64,000 bases of DNA from Heteronotia binoei. Its lineage: Eukaryota. A program made the translations under genes and the position numbers. How positions within the stretch are numbered: the stretch's first letter is position 1; the number at the start of each line of letters is the position of its first letter. The notes under the pieces are model-generated. The model did not search any database. It was given only the letters and a program-made list of their open reading frames with translations, and had not been told where the DNA came from. Below, piece by piece: positions 34,148 to 46,234 of this stretch. The stretch spans positions 1,116,001 to 1,180,000 of the forward strand of contig NC_083237.1 of the NCBI RefSeq assembly GCF_032191835.1, given 5' to 3'.

Positions 34148-36290
34148 GAAGAAGAAGACAACGATATTGGATTTATATCCCACCCTCCACTCTGAAGAGT
34201 CTCAGAGCAGCTCACACTCTCCTTTCCCTTCCTCCCCCACAACAGACACCCTGTGAGGTAGATGAAGAGATTGGATTTATATCCCGCCCTCCACTCCGAA
34301 GAGTCTCAGAGCGGCTCACAATCTCCTTTACCTTCCTCCCCCACAACAGACACCCTGTGAGGGAGATGAATATATTGGATTTATATCCCGCCCTCCACTC
34401 CGAAGAGTCTCAGAGTGGCTCACAATCTCCTTTCCCTTCCTCCCCCACAACAGACACCCTGTGAGGTAGATGAAGATATTGGATTTATATCCCGCCCTCC
34501 ACTCCAAAGAGTCTCAGAGTGGCTCAAAATCTCCTTTCCCTTCCTCCCCCCCCCCCCAACAGACACCCTGTGAGGTAGATGAAGATATTGGATTTATATC
34601 CCGCCCTCCACTCCGAAGAGTCTCAGAGCGGCTCACAACCTCCTTTACCTTCCTCCCCCACAACAGACACCCTGTGAGGTAGATGAAGATATTGGATTTA
34701 TATCCCACCCTCCATTATGAAGAGTCTCAGAGCGGCTTACAATCTCCTTTACCTTCCTCCCCCACAACAGACACCCTGTGAGGTAGATGAAGATATTGGA
34801 TCTATATCCCTCCCTCCACTCCGAAGAGTCTCAGAGCGGCTCACAATCTCCTTTCCCTTCCTCCCCCACAACAGACACCCTGTGAGGTAGATGAAGATAT
34901 TGGATTTATATCCCACCCTCCATTCTGAAGAGTCTCAGAGCGGCTCACAATCTCCTTTCCCTTCCTCCCCCACAACAGACACCCTGTGAGGTAGATGAAG
35001 ATATTGGATTTATATCCCACCCTCCATTCTGAAGAGTCTCAGAGCGGCTCACAATCTCCTTTCCCTTCCTCCCCCACAGCAGACACCCTGTGAGGTAGAT
35101 GAAGAGATTGGATTTATATCCCGCCCTCCACTCCGAAGAGTCTCAGAGTGGCTCACAATCTCCTTTCCCTTCCTCCCCCCCAACAGACACCCTGTGAGGT
35201 AGATGAAGATATTGGATTTATATCCCGCCCTCCACTCCAAAGAGTCTCAGAGTGGCTCAAAATCTCCTTTCCCTTCCTCCCCCCCCCAACAGACACCCTG
35301 TGAGGTAGATGAAGATATTGGATTTATATCCCGCCCTCCACTCCGAAGAGTCTCAGAGCGGCTCACAACCTCCTTTACCTTCCTCCCCCACAACAGACAC
35401 CCTGTGAGGTAGATGAAGATATTGGATTTATATCCCACCCTCCATTATGAAGAGTCTCAGAGCGGCTCACAATCTCCTTTCCCTTCCTCCCCCACAACAG
35501 ACACCCTGTGAGGTAGATGAAGATATTGGATTTATATCCCACCCTCCATTCTGAAGAGTCTCAGAACGGCTCACAATCTCCTTTCCCTTCCTCCCCACAA
35601 CAAACACCCTGTGAGGTAGATGAAGATATTGGATTTATATCCCGCCCTCCACTCCGAAGAGTCTCAGAGCGGCTCACAATCTCCTTTACCTTCCACCCCC
35701 ACAACAGACACCCTGTGAGGTGGGTGGGGCTGAGAGGGCTCTCCCAGAAGCTGCCCTTTCAAGGACAGAGTCTCAGAGTAGCTCACAATCTCCTTTCCCT
35801 TCCTCCCCCTGTGAGGTGGGTGGGACTGGAGAGGGCTCTCACAGCAGCTGCCCTTTCAAGGACAGAGTCTTAGAGCAGCTCACAATCTCCTTTCCCTTCC
35901 TCCCCCATAACAGACACCCTGTGAAGTGGGTGGGGCTGAGAGGGCTCTCACAGCAGCTGCCCTTTCAAGTACAGAGTCTCAGAGTAGCTCACAATCTCCT
36001 TTCCCTTCCTCCCGCACAACAGACACCCTGTGAGGTGGGTGGGGCTGAGAGGGGTCTCACAGCAGCTGCCCTTTCAAGGACAACCTCTGCCAGAGCTATG
36101 GCTGACCCAAGGCCATTCCAGCAGGTGCAGGTGGAGGAGTGGGGAATCAAACCCGGTTCTCCCAGATAAGAGAGCTCTGGCTGACCCAAGGCCATTCCAG
36201 CAGCTGCAAGTGGAGGAGTGGAGAATCAAACCCGGTTCTCCCAGATAAGAGTCCGCACACTTAAACACTACACCAAACTGGCTCTCCAGT
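34148..36290 (-). repeat. SINE-derived satellite: Squam3-like SINE with 15 x 104-bp tail units plus middle and head duplications
   Basis: Unit starts 34261, 34365, 34469, 34578, 34682, 34786, 34890, 34994, 35098, 35202, 35308, 35412, 35516, 35619; SINE head ends about 36287. Confidence 0.92.
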
Positions 36291-36814
36291 CCTATATATG
36301 GGCCCTGAGTGAAGACGTCTTTGTATGAACTCCTAGCAAGGGTGGACAAACAGGGTGATAATTAGCGATCGTAGTCTTCAAGGAAGGCTGCAACGGCGAC
36401 AAAGAAGGACGATGGGGAAGGGGACCCTCAACTGGCCAAGAATGGGGGATGTATCTAAGCAGCAGGAATGGGGCACTGCTAGATGCACACCTGTGGGGAG
36501 TTGGGAACAGGATTATAAGGACTACTTGAGCCCTTAGGGGATGGAAGGTACAGAAGCGGATGACAGGTGGTCAGCTGGTACATGACCTCAGAAAGAGGGG
36601 AGGCTCTGCAATGACCATAAGGGCTGGACTTATGCGGTAGCCAATAGCCAGTTTATTGGGGGCACCTGATTGGATTCCCATACCTGGCCCTAGTTACCTG
36701 ATTGGACTTCCAGGTAACAAAAGGAGGAGGTTCCAGGATGACCATTAAGGGAAAGAATGGGTGAAACTATTGGGGTGGAGGTGATTAAAGGCTATTAAAA
36801 CTTATCTAAAAGGT

Positions 36815-37353
36815 AATAAAGTGGCAGAGACTTTTCTGCTGGGATTACAAATTGAAAAATTTCCAAAAGAAGACAGAACTTTAATATGGTACTTGCTCTC
36901 AGCTGCTAGGACATTGTATGTGCAGCTGTGGAAGCAAGAAAAAATACCAGAGAAATGGGATTGGATTACAAAAGTTATGTCATGGAGTGAAATGGACAAA
37001 TTAACAAGAAAACTAAGAGACTATGATTTGGAACTTTTTAAGTTGGAGTGGAAGAAATTCAGAAGATACGTAGAAGAAGAGTAGAAAATAAAAGGACATT
37101 GGACGATCTTTGATAATGATTAAGGTTTTTAAAATAAGAATATAACTTTTGGGGGTTTTTTTTTAATAGTTAAGGGTACCTTTAATATTTGCTTTCTTTA
37201 AGTAAATAACACTGGCGGGGGTCAAGTAACGGGGGGAGGGGTGGGGGAAAAGTAAGATATGGGGTAGAAAGTTTTTTCTTTTATTTTAAGCTTTTATAAG
37301 TTGTAGATATAGTTTTGCTACCGTATGTTACTAATAAAATTGTTTATTTAAAA
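36815..37353 (+). mobile_element. 5'-truncated L1 LINE with poly(A) and 18-bp target-site duplication
   Basis: ORF2 C-terminus FLLGLQ..YLLSAARTLYVQLWKQEKIP..EMDKLT; AATAAA 37333-37338; TSD AAAACTTATCTAAAAGGT at 36797-36814 and 37354-37371. Confidence 0.9.
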
Positions 37354-38413
37354 AAAACTTATCTAAAAGGTGACAATAGAGGGCCAAATTGCTACCTAAG
37401 GTAACACCCTGTCTATACAAAGAAACTTGGCTCTGGGTGAAGATGTTCTCCCTCTTCTTCATTCCTCTACTGGCACCGTCCTTTGTCTTGGGTTCCGCTG
37501 GACAAAGGCTTAGGCAGTCTGACAGGATCCACACCTAAGATAAGCTTGATGGCCTCATGCATAGGTGACATCTGTTGAGTACCTGAGCCTCCTGCTTCGC
37601 TGTCATGGAGTCTGGCACTGCAAGAAGATAGCTGCTGGTGATGTTAGCCTTCCCATATGGATTCTATGGTTAAGGCTGGAAACCGCTTGCCTGGACAGTT
37701 CCTGGAGGCGCAACTTCTTCCGCTGCAACGGCCGAGATGGTGAGCACACAGAGTGACTGGAAACCCGTCTTTCCTCCTGGTTAGCACTCTTCCAGAGACA
37801 CGGAGTGCTGCTGCAACGTTGTGCCTGATAGTACTCACATAAGTCCCTTACAGTCTGGTAGACAAAACCCACGTTTTCCTGGCAGATGTGTGTGAGTTGA
37901 GTCTCCAGGTGCCCTGGCAACCAAACGGGTGACTACGATGTTCTGAAATTAGGGGTCTTTTTCTCACACTCCTGCCTGTCAGAGTCGTAGAAGCAGTTCC
38001 CACTGGTCAGACCAGTCACAGGCAGCAGTCCCAAGGAAGACACTCGAAACAGACAGCAGGTTCAACGAACTGTATTGGGTTCAGGCAGGTAACAGAGTCA
38101 ATAGACAGTCCAATAGTCATACGCTTACACACAAGTAGAGCCAGGCAGAGGTACAAATACAGAGTCCAAGAGAATAGTCAAAACACAGTCCAAAGTCATC
38201 AATTCAATATCCATCCAAACAGTATGCCACGCTGGTATCCTTCTTTCCTATCCCACATTGAACTGGTAACTGGCTCCTGCATTCCTTAGCCAATCACATT
38301 ACAAATTGGTTAAGTGGCTTACACCTGATGACAATGTACCATCTGTAACCAAGGATGACTCAATCTCTGGCAGTTCCCAATCTCCTTAAAGGAATAGGAC
38401 ACTGCCACTGCCC

Positions 38414-39085
38414 TCACCCCTTTCCCACGGGGTGCCCTCTGCTCCTGGCTTGGGGAAAGCAGAGGTTGTAGAAGGAGCCACCTTCGAAGAAGCTAAGCGC
38501 CCGCCAACAAACCCAGCCCCTGGCTTGCAGCTGAGCCCGAGTCAGGGACCCTGCTGAGCCGAAATAGTGAGGATCGAGAACCAGCAGATGGGGCCCTTGG
38601 GGGCCAGAGGAAACGCCTAACAGCGCCTTGGCGGAGTGGTCTCTGTCTCCTCCCACCATCACAGGACCCCCACCGCCCCGGAAGTGAGCGTACAAGGACT
38701 CCAGTTCCTTTTCCAAGTCTCTGCCCCGGTGAACGTGGACAAGCCTGCCCGGCACAGCATAGAAGTGGTCCATGCAGAGGGCTGCTTCCACGGTGCCAAT
38801 CCACTCCCGGGAGCCGGAGAACGAAGGAGGTTTATCCCCCATCTCCACCAGGGCCTGCTGGATCTCCCTCAGCGAAGGGACGCGCCGGGCGACAACCTCT
38901 TCCGAGCCAGCCTCCGCTAGCCAAGAACACACAGTCTGGAACGTACGGTAGCCACAGCCCCAACCACGATCGTCCACGCCGTCGCAGCCGTAGTGGTAAT
39001 AGCGGTAGGAGCCAGAGAGGAGAGCCAGTTGATCTGGCACGGCTGGCAGGGGGAGGCCCACGTGCACATCAGAGAGCAGCTGCAT
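38414..39085 (-). CDS. UFSP1: UFM1-specific peptidase 1 (peptidase C78), 223 aa, single coding exon
   Basis: [31 protein letters not shown] (catalytic Cys) ... LVLDPHY (Asp/His); size and synteny fit UFSP1 rather than UFSP2. Confidence 0.93.
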   Translation of the reverse strand: MQLLSDVHVGLPLPAVPDQLALLSGSYRYYHYGCDGVDDRGWGCGYRTFQTVCSWLAEAGSEEVVARRVPSLREIQQALVEMGDKPPSFSGSREWIGTVEAALCMDHFYAVPGRLVHVHRGRDLEKELESLYAHFRGGGGPVMVGGDRDHSAKALLGVSSGPQGPHLLVLDPHYFGSAGSLTRAQLQARGWVCWRALSFFEGGSFYNLCFPQARSRGHPVGKG

Positions 39086-40149
39086 CCTAGAGAGGCAGGC
39101 CTGGGGACAAAGAACAAACATGAGGAAAGGGGCTTGAGGGGAGGGAGGGAGGGGCTACACCAGGGTTCCCAGCACCTTCCTTGCCACCTCCCAGGGGTTT
39201 TTTGACAGTGGGTCTTGCCCAACAGGGCTTCTGAATGGCCACCAAGGATCTGATTATGCAAATTAAAATAACAGTTTCAGGGGCACCTGGAGACACACTC
39301 TTTGTTTTATTCTCTCCCTTCTTTTTCTCAATGTATTTTTTTTAAGTTACACCTCTTCTCCCCTGCGCTTGGACTTCTGCATGTGTGGGCCTGACTTCCT
39401 GAGGCAGCTGTTTTGTGGCTGCACCCACCACCTGTGTTCCCTCTACGCTGAGTTAGCAGGAGCTCGCTCACAGATTCTTAGCCTCCAGTTTCCACATTTT
39501 TGTCTTAGCTCAGGAAGGATGACCCCAGAGCTCACAACTTTAAAGCCAGCAGCTCACAAAGTAGAATTTTTGCTCACAAGGCTCGGCAGCTTAGAGGGAA
39601 CATTGCCCACTACCCTGTGTTGAAATTCCAAAGGTACCCCCCAGACTCAGAAATGTTGGGGACTCATGGGCTACTCTCTCCTTTCTAGTTCTTGGGATCA
39701 GTCCTCCCCAGCCCACCTCTTCCCCAGAGCACCAAGAGCCAGCGAGTGGGCAGATGCATGGGACTCTGGGCCATTTCCACGGCTTCCTTCCCTTGCATGC
39801 TCCTGCCAGCTCGGTCTCTGGGGGTGTCCCTGCACAGCACAGGCCCGTTTCACCAAGAGGTAGCAGACAGAGCTGCAGCATAAAACCACAGTATTCCAGA
39901 GCTGGAAGAGGCCATACGGGGCATCTAGTCCAACCCCTTGCTCAATGCAGGAGCAGCCTAGAGCAGGGGTAGCCAAACTGCAGCCACATGTGGCTCTTTC
40001 ACACTTATTGTGTGGCTCTTGACGCCCCCACCACCCGATGGGCGGCTTGAAGAAGGCCTTTAAAGTTGCTTTCTTTCCAACTCTCCCTCCCTCTCTCCAT
40101 TTTTTCCTTCCTTCCCTCCTTCCGCTCAGACATCTATTGCACGTGGCTC

Positions 40150-40450
40150 TTACGTTAAGCAAGTTCCCCCCCCCCCCCGCCGGGCTAGAACATCCCTGGC
40201 GAGCCTGTGGGCCCCGCACTTCCGGCCCCGCCCGCCAGTCGCTTTCTCTCCGCTTCTTCCGCCCCACCCCCGCCCATAGAGACCAACAGGGCTAGAGCGA
40301 CGCGCGCGGCCCAGCAGACCGGAAGTACCCGTGCGCACCAGCCCCGTCGCAGCCAGGGGGACACGGGGAGGCGGAACTTCCGGATTGCTCTGGGCGCCAT
40401 AGCCTGCCGCTTGGGGGGGAGGGGAGTGGGCGCTGTTGCTAGGTGACGGG
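40150..40450 (-). promoter_or_regulatory. UFSP1: CpG island, probable UFSP1 promoter and non-coding exon 1
   Basis: CpG-dense; ETS-type ACTTCCGG about 40218-40225 and 40376-40383, CCGGAAGT 40319-40326; strong minus-strand donor AAC|GTAAGA at 40154/40153. Confidence 0.65.
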
Positions 40451-41446
40451 AGGCCTTGGGATGCTGCTTTGCACAACAGCCCTGCAGGGAGGCTCCAGTC
40501 AGTCCCTGGAGGGGAGGGAGGTCGTGCCAGCTCCCGCCTGGAGGTTGGCACCTTCACAGCAGCAGCCAAGGGTGGCCGCGCCCCCCCATTCCTTCCGCCC
40601 CAGGCAGCCCCCGACCCCCTTCCCTAGGAGGGTCTGCACCACCCTAGAGGACCCCCCCCCGGCCTCCCCTTTGCTCCCCCCCGAAAAACCACGCGCGGCG
40701 CTTCCTGCAAGTCTCTCTTTATTGCACGCATTCATTACAAAAGTAGAAGCCCCCCCCCGTCTCCCTCCCTCCCTGCTTCTCCAAAAGCGCATGGTTAAGC
40801 CCCCCCCCCCACCCTGGGGTTAGTAGAAGCACCTTCTTCTGCGAAGGGGGGGGCACGTACAGGCAAGGGGGTTAGGAAGTATTCTGGAGGCAGGGAGGGG
40901 AATAATCCCCTGCTGAGTTAGGGAGCAACCCCCCCCCCTCAATTGCTTGCAATTAATGGTTAGCAGCGGCAGGCCGAGGGGACCACAGAAGCCCCAGGCT
41001 GTGTAGGGAATGTAGTAAAGGCACCCTCTACTCTCTCTCTCTCACACACACACTTTCCTAAGGAAAGATTCTAAAAGTATTTGCAGAAAACTAACCCAGG
41101 GATGGGGGAAGGCAGGAGAGGACTTGAGGCCATCTTAGTCTAACAACAGCAGTCTAAATGCAGGGAAGACATTCTTTGAAGTGCCGCTGGAGAAAAGCTC
41201 AACCAAAGGGACACTGACTGACCCCATTTAGGAGAAACACGGAAGCCCACCCAAGGCCCTGTGCTCTCTCAGCTGGTGTCTAATAGTGGTCCTGCCCCCT
41301 CTCCTCAGCCCCTGAGGATAAAGAATTATTTTGTTGTTTGATCGACACAGCTTTGGCATGGAGGTTTTAGAACTGAGGCAGCCAGAATCCTCCTTGGGAA
41401 GGCTTTTCTTCCCACCCCAAATTGCGGAGTTGGGAACAAAGTAGGA

Positions 41447-42030
41447 GTCAAGTGGCACCGTTAAGACCAACGAAGTTTTATTTCGAATGTAAGCTTTCGT
41501 GTGCCAGAAGAAGTACACTTCATCAGACAAGCAATCAGGTACAGTGAGCAGAGCTGCATAGAGATGGTAGGCAGTGGCTCAGAATGCAAAATGGTACAAA
41601 TTTAAGATCCATTGACAGAATAGTAAAATTAATAAATTGAGCAAACCTTTGATCTGGGTAGCATGAGGATGAGAAAGCAATAAAACAGTGATGTGTCAAA
41701 ATGTGAGAATGTCTGTTTTATGTATTTTATTTATCTGAGAATTACAGTTTTATTGCTTTCTCACCCTCATGCTACCCAGATCAAAGGTTTGCTCAATTTG
41801 TTAATTTTTACTATTCTGTCACTGGATCTTAAATTTGTACCATTTTGCATTCTAAACCACTGCCTACCAGCTCTATGTAGCTCTGCTCACTGTACCTGAT
41901 TCCTTGTCTGATGAGGTGTACTTCTGGCACACGAAAGCTGACATTCGGAATAAAACTTGGTTGGTCTTAAAGGTGCCACTTGACCACCTTGTTCTACTGC
42001 TTCAGACCAACACGGCTGCCCACCTGGATC
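41447..42030. mobile_element. Penelope-like fold-back element, about 245-bp inverted arms, each carrying a hammerhead core
   Basis: Arms 41447-about 41695 and about 41745-41984; CTGATGA..GAAAGCT at 41908-41940 (+) and 41526-41491 (-). Confidence 0.85.
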
Positions 42031-42548
42031 TATGGAGATGGGAACAGTCATCCTTTTGGTCCTTTAAAGGAGAAAGGCCAGGGCCAGCAGGAGCCAGCTC
42101 TATGACCCCTCCTTTTGCCCTCAGGTAGTATGTGGGGGGGTGTCGACGGCCCCTGGGATTCCAGAGCACAAAACCGACAGCTTTGTGGGATGAATCCTGA
42201 TGCAAAGAAACAGTGCAGCAGTGCCCACACCAGAACATGAGGAAAAGCATCCTGTCGTAATCAGTGTGAGAGGCCTAAGGCTCCTGCTACACTTGGTAGC
42301 TCCAAAGTGCCTTCCCAAACGATGGGGGAAAGAGGCATCTCTTTGAAAATGGCTAAGGAGGAGGCAGGCCTGACCTCCCACCCACCCACCCCAATCCCTC
42401 ACAGACCTCTAGCAAAGCCTTCACCTTGAACAGACTCACAAACTTCATTCACTCCATTTCCCCCAAGGCACCTCTGCTTGCCACTCCATGGGAAGGCACC
42501 TTTTCTCAGCCTCTCTGTTCCACCCACCAGCCCCCCACCTGGGCTTCC

Positions 42549-43459
42549 TCAAAGCTCCGTGCACGTGACAGGGGTCAGCCCATGGATTAGTAGCGTGGGC
42601 CCCAGGCCCGTGGTCAGAATCTCCAGCTGTTCCAAGTAGCGCTGGTACTGAGAGGTATCTGCCGGAGGCCGTGGGAGGTAGAGGAACCGTACGGCTGTCT
42701 GGCCCTCTTGTCTGAGCAACAAGCTGTTGACAGAGGTCAGGTACTCATCTGTCACGTGGAAGGTGGCCGCGTTCAGGAAGGTCTCCCTCCCTTCTTTCCC
42801 AGGCGGAAACGGAGGCAGCTGAGCCGACCCAGAAGGCGGTCCCTCGTTGCCTCGAGACTCTCCGTCCACCTGCTGGTGATCGTGGAGGGCCACCACTTGA
42901 TCCCAGGTGACGATCTTGATGGTTGCCTTGATCCTCAGCTTGGTCAGCAGCTCCTTCAGCTTCTCCTCCTTGCTGACCCAGCCCACGTCCCCAGACTCCA
43001 CGCACAGGAAGATGCGGAGGCGGGCAGCTTTCCAGGAGCTGACCATGGTCAGGATGCAGGCCATTTGCAGGAGGAAGAGGCTGCAGATGTCCACGTAGGT
43101 CGGTGTATCCGGGCGCAAGAGGTTGAGGGGCCAAACATCTATGAAATATCCCTCCAGGCGCCTCTTGGAAGACGAAGAGGGCAGGTCCTTCTCCAGAAGG
43201 TGGAAGTAGCGGGCCAGGCAGACGTTCTTGTGCATCTTGACCGCATCAGAGATGATGGCCACGTACTCAGCTGGGCTCAAAGCCCTCTGGCTCTCCCCCT
43301 CCCTCCTCACAGGTGGAAAGTGCGCTTGCAGAGCAGTCAGGTCAACCCCAAACTCATCGTTTTCCCGTGCTTGGCTAAAGGCTGGGTCTTGCAGGAAGTA
43401 ATCCTCGGGGACACAGTTGTCATAGAAACCAAGGACCAGTGTGTTGGGCTTCATCCCTC
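42549..43459 (-). CDS. SLC12A9: SLC12A9 last coding exon
   Basis: GGMKPNTLVLGFYD...IDVWPLNLLRP...FLYLPRPP...GPTLLIHGLTPVTCTEL*. Confidence 0.97.
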
Positions 43460-43873
43460 CTAGACAGGACAAAAGACAAGAGGCACAATAACCCCAAAGG
43501 CTGTTTTGTGGGAGCAAAGAAAAGACCAGCAGGAACCTTCTCAGGGGAGAGGGGCCTCTCTCCTAAGACACTACGGTGTGACCCCTTCTCTATTCCTTTG
43601 TGGGCATCTGGCACTAACCCCAATAGAAGGAAGAAATACTTCTTCAAGGAGTTTGGCTTACTTGGTCTAGTCATTTAGAGCTAAATATATTCAGCAGGGG
43701 CAGAGTTCACCTGCATTGGCCCTCGTTGCTGCTCTGAGGTTTGGCTTGGGTGGACGACTTGTGCGGATGGCCCCCTGGCCCCTTCCTCACGCAAGGCCTG
43801 CCTGCAAGCCCCCCGTGCCTAACCTGCAGCTATGCTCATCAGACACGCGTTGTCTTCACTCCCTACCCCTCAC

Positions 43874-44020
43874 CTAAGCCAGTGATGCGGAGCAGATGCT
43901 GCGTTCCCTGACGAACCGAAGGAGACAACGTCAGGTCCACGAAGGCTTTCACATTCAGCTTGTCCACCAGGCTCAGCCAGAAGTTGTAGTGGGCTTGGAT
44001 GGGGTCGGAGGGCATCGTGT
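43874..44020 (-). CDS. SLC12A9: SLC12A9 coding exon 12
   Basis: TMPSDPIQAHYNFWLSLVDKLNVKAFVDLTLSPSVRQGTQHLLRITGL. Confidence 0.96.
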
Positions 44021-44753
44021 CTGCAGCGGGAGGACAGAAAGGAAAGCAGGTGATCAAAAACACACCCAGGGTTCAGGGCACACGCATGGGCACAGCGCCT
44101 GGCCACTTAAGATGGGGTGGTGCAGACCCCAGGGCTCAAAGGACACCCACAATCCAAGCTGTGAGTCTGCTCCTATTTTGTGGGGTGGGGGGGGGTGGGA
44201 CTGTTGGCTACCAAGATCAGCCAAGAACTCAGCAACTGGACCTACTTAGAACTCAGTAACTGGACCTCCTGGTGTCTCTCTCTGTCCTGTATGTATCTCA
44301 CCCTTGCACCAAGGTGTGCAAATGGTGAATAGAAGAATACTCCTTTTCTGCTCTCCAGTATGAGACCATGTGCATTTTTTTGGATAAAGAAAGTTCCTCA
44401 GAGCATGCACAGAGGGCTGCTCCCACAGCCAGGGCAGGAAACAAAACCTCTGGGATCAACAGCTGGAGAGCTTATGTACATCCCCTCAGGCTGCTGGGGC
44501 AGAAGGAGAGGCTGGTGGCAGGGTTCACCGGGTGGAGGACACTTCCAGATGTCAAGAAGCATTCCTGGCTTGTTCGCCGGGCAGGGCCAATTGCTGCAAT
44601 TGAGATGCACAAAGAATTCTCTTGCTGGCCTGGCTGGAGGAGGATGGGGGAGATGTGACCTTTCAGAGTAACCTTTCAGCACGCCCATCTCTCCTGCTCA
44701 AGTCTGCGCCACAGTTGGAGCAGGCCTCGGAGAAGGTGTGGGCCTTGCCTTAC

Positions 44754-44928
44754 CCAAGTCTCCAATCTCCACGTGGCCCAGCACAAAGAGACCTCCTTTC
44801 TTGAGATGGTTGATGAACTTGATGAGCTGAGATCCGCCCCGGGGGTTGGCCACCATAAGGAGGATCTGGGGCCGCCAGAACTTGACGTGATCCTTCCGGA
44901 TGTCGAGGAGAAGCAGATACTTCCGGAC
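44754..44928 (-). CDS. SLC12A9: SLC12A9 coding exon 11
   Basis: [30 protein letters not shown]...[17 protein letters not shown]. Confidence 0.96.
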
Positions 44929-45480
44929 CTGTTTTGTATTGGGAGGGAGGAGGAAGAGGGTGGGGACGAGAGAACGCCCGAGAAGACCAGCTTAGAATAA
45001 GAGGATTCCGGATCTGTCCCCCGGGTTAAAGGCCACGTGGGTACAAGTGGGCAGACGATGCTTTCAAGTGGCGCCCCTTGTCCCGTTTTGATGCCCTCCC
45101 CTGCACCGCCTGCTCCAAACTGTCTTCTTTAAGATGCCTCAGTGGCCTCGTCTTGTGTGCGTTCTCTCCAGCTCCAGCCCACTGTGTTCAGTAGGGCCCA
45201 GACGTGTTGCTGGGTAGCAGCTGGGAGCCCTGGGTTTGAATCCCTGCTCGTCTTGGAAGCTCGCTGGGTGACCTCACAGGGTTGTCGTGAGGATAAAATG
45301 GAGGAGAAGAAAAGGCTGTAAACTGCTTTGGATTCCCACTGGGGAGAAAGGCAGGGGATAAATAAATGCTTGACCCCTCCCCCCCGTGCCAGGCCGTCCC
45401 TTTTGCCCTGCTGGGCCACAGAAGCCCCCCACACCCTGTCTGCCTGCCTGCCCCACAAGCCTCGCCAGTCTAGGGAGTAC

Positions 45481-45673
45481 CTGGTGGAAGATGAGGGCCT
45501 GGCTGATGTAGCCCCACGAGGAGGCGGCCGAGCGGAGGTGGATGAAGCCCAGGAGCAGCAACATAAGGCCCAGGCTGCCGGAGGCACCTGCCGGACTGAT
45601 GAGGAACATCATCACCAGGCACGAGACGATGCCCAGGAGACATGTGTGCCACGAGAAGACCTGGAAGGTGGGG
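45481..45673 (-). CDS. SLC12A9: SLC12A9 coding exon 10
   Basis: PTFQVFSWHTCLLGIVSC...SSWGYISQALIFHQ. Confidence 0.95.
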
Positions 45674-45792
45674 CTGGGGAGCGGGTGGGAGAGACAAGCT
45701 GCACCCGGGGAAACATGGCCTGCAAGGGACTCCGAGCTCACAAGCCCTTCTGAAGACATGGGACTCCCCCTCCCCACCTGAAGTTCACCCAC

Positions 45793-45917
45793 CGGAAATT
45801 AGGAGCAGACGCCCACTCGAGAGCCAGGCAGGCCAGGTCCACGGCAGCATAGGCCACGAGGTAGAAGACGGTGACAATGCCAGCAATGGTGTTGAGCTTC
45901 CCAACCAGGAGCACCAG
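45793..45917 (-). CDS. SLC12A9: SLC12A9 coding exon 9
   Basis: LVLLVGKLNTIAGIVTVFYLVAYAAVDLACLALEWASAPNF. Confidence 0.96.
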
Positions 45918-46234
45918 CTGAAGGGACAGAGGGGAAGGAAGGCTCAAGGGCTTGGGGGTGGCTAACCGCCCACCTTCCCCGTAGCTCAGTGATCGAAGGC
46001 CTGCTTTGCACAGGCCAAATCTCTCTACCTGAGGCCCTGGAGAGAAGCCAGAGGACAGAACCTGAGAACCAGATGACAGAGGACAGGCTGAGCCTGAGAG
46101 ACTGAGGGGAGGGGAGCATGGCTCAGCAGAAGGTGGCTTCTCATATTCACTGGGGCCATCACTTAAGGAACTGCCCGAATGCAGAACTGGCCCCTGCTGG
46201 GTTAAATGGCTGGATGAACTGAAGGAGGGGCCAC

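Noticed and set aside
42708-43463. 251-aa plus-strand ORF
   Set aside because: Antisense to the SLC12A9 last exon; codon-bias shadow.
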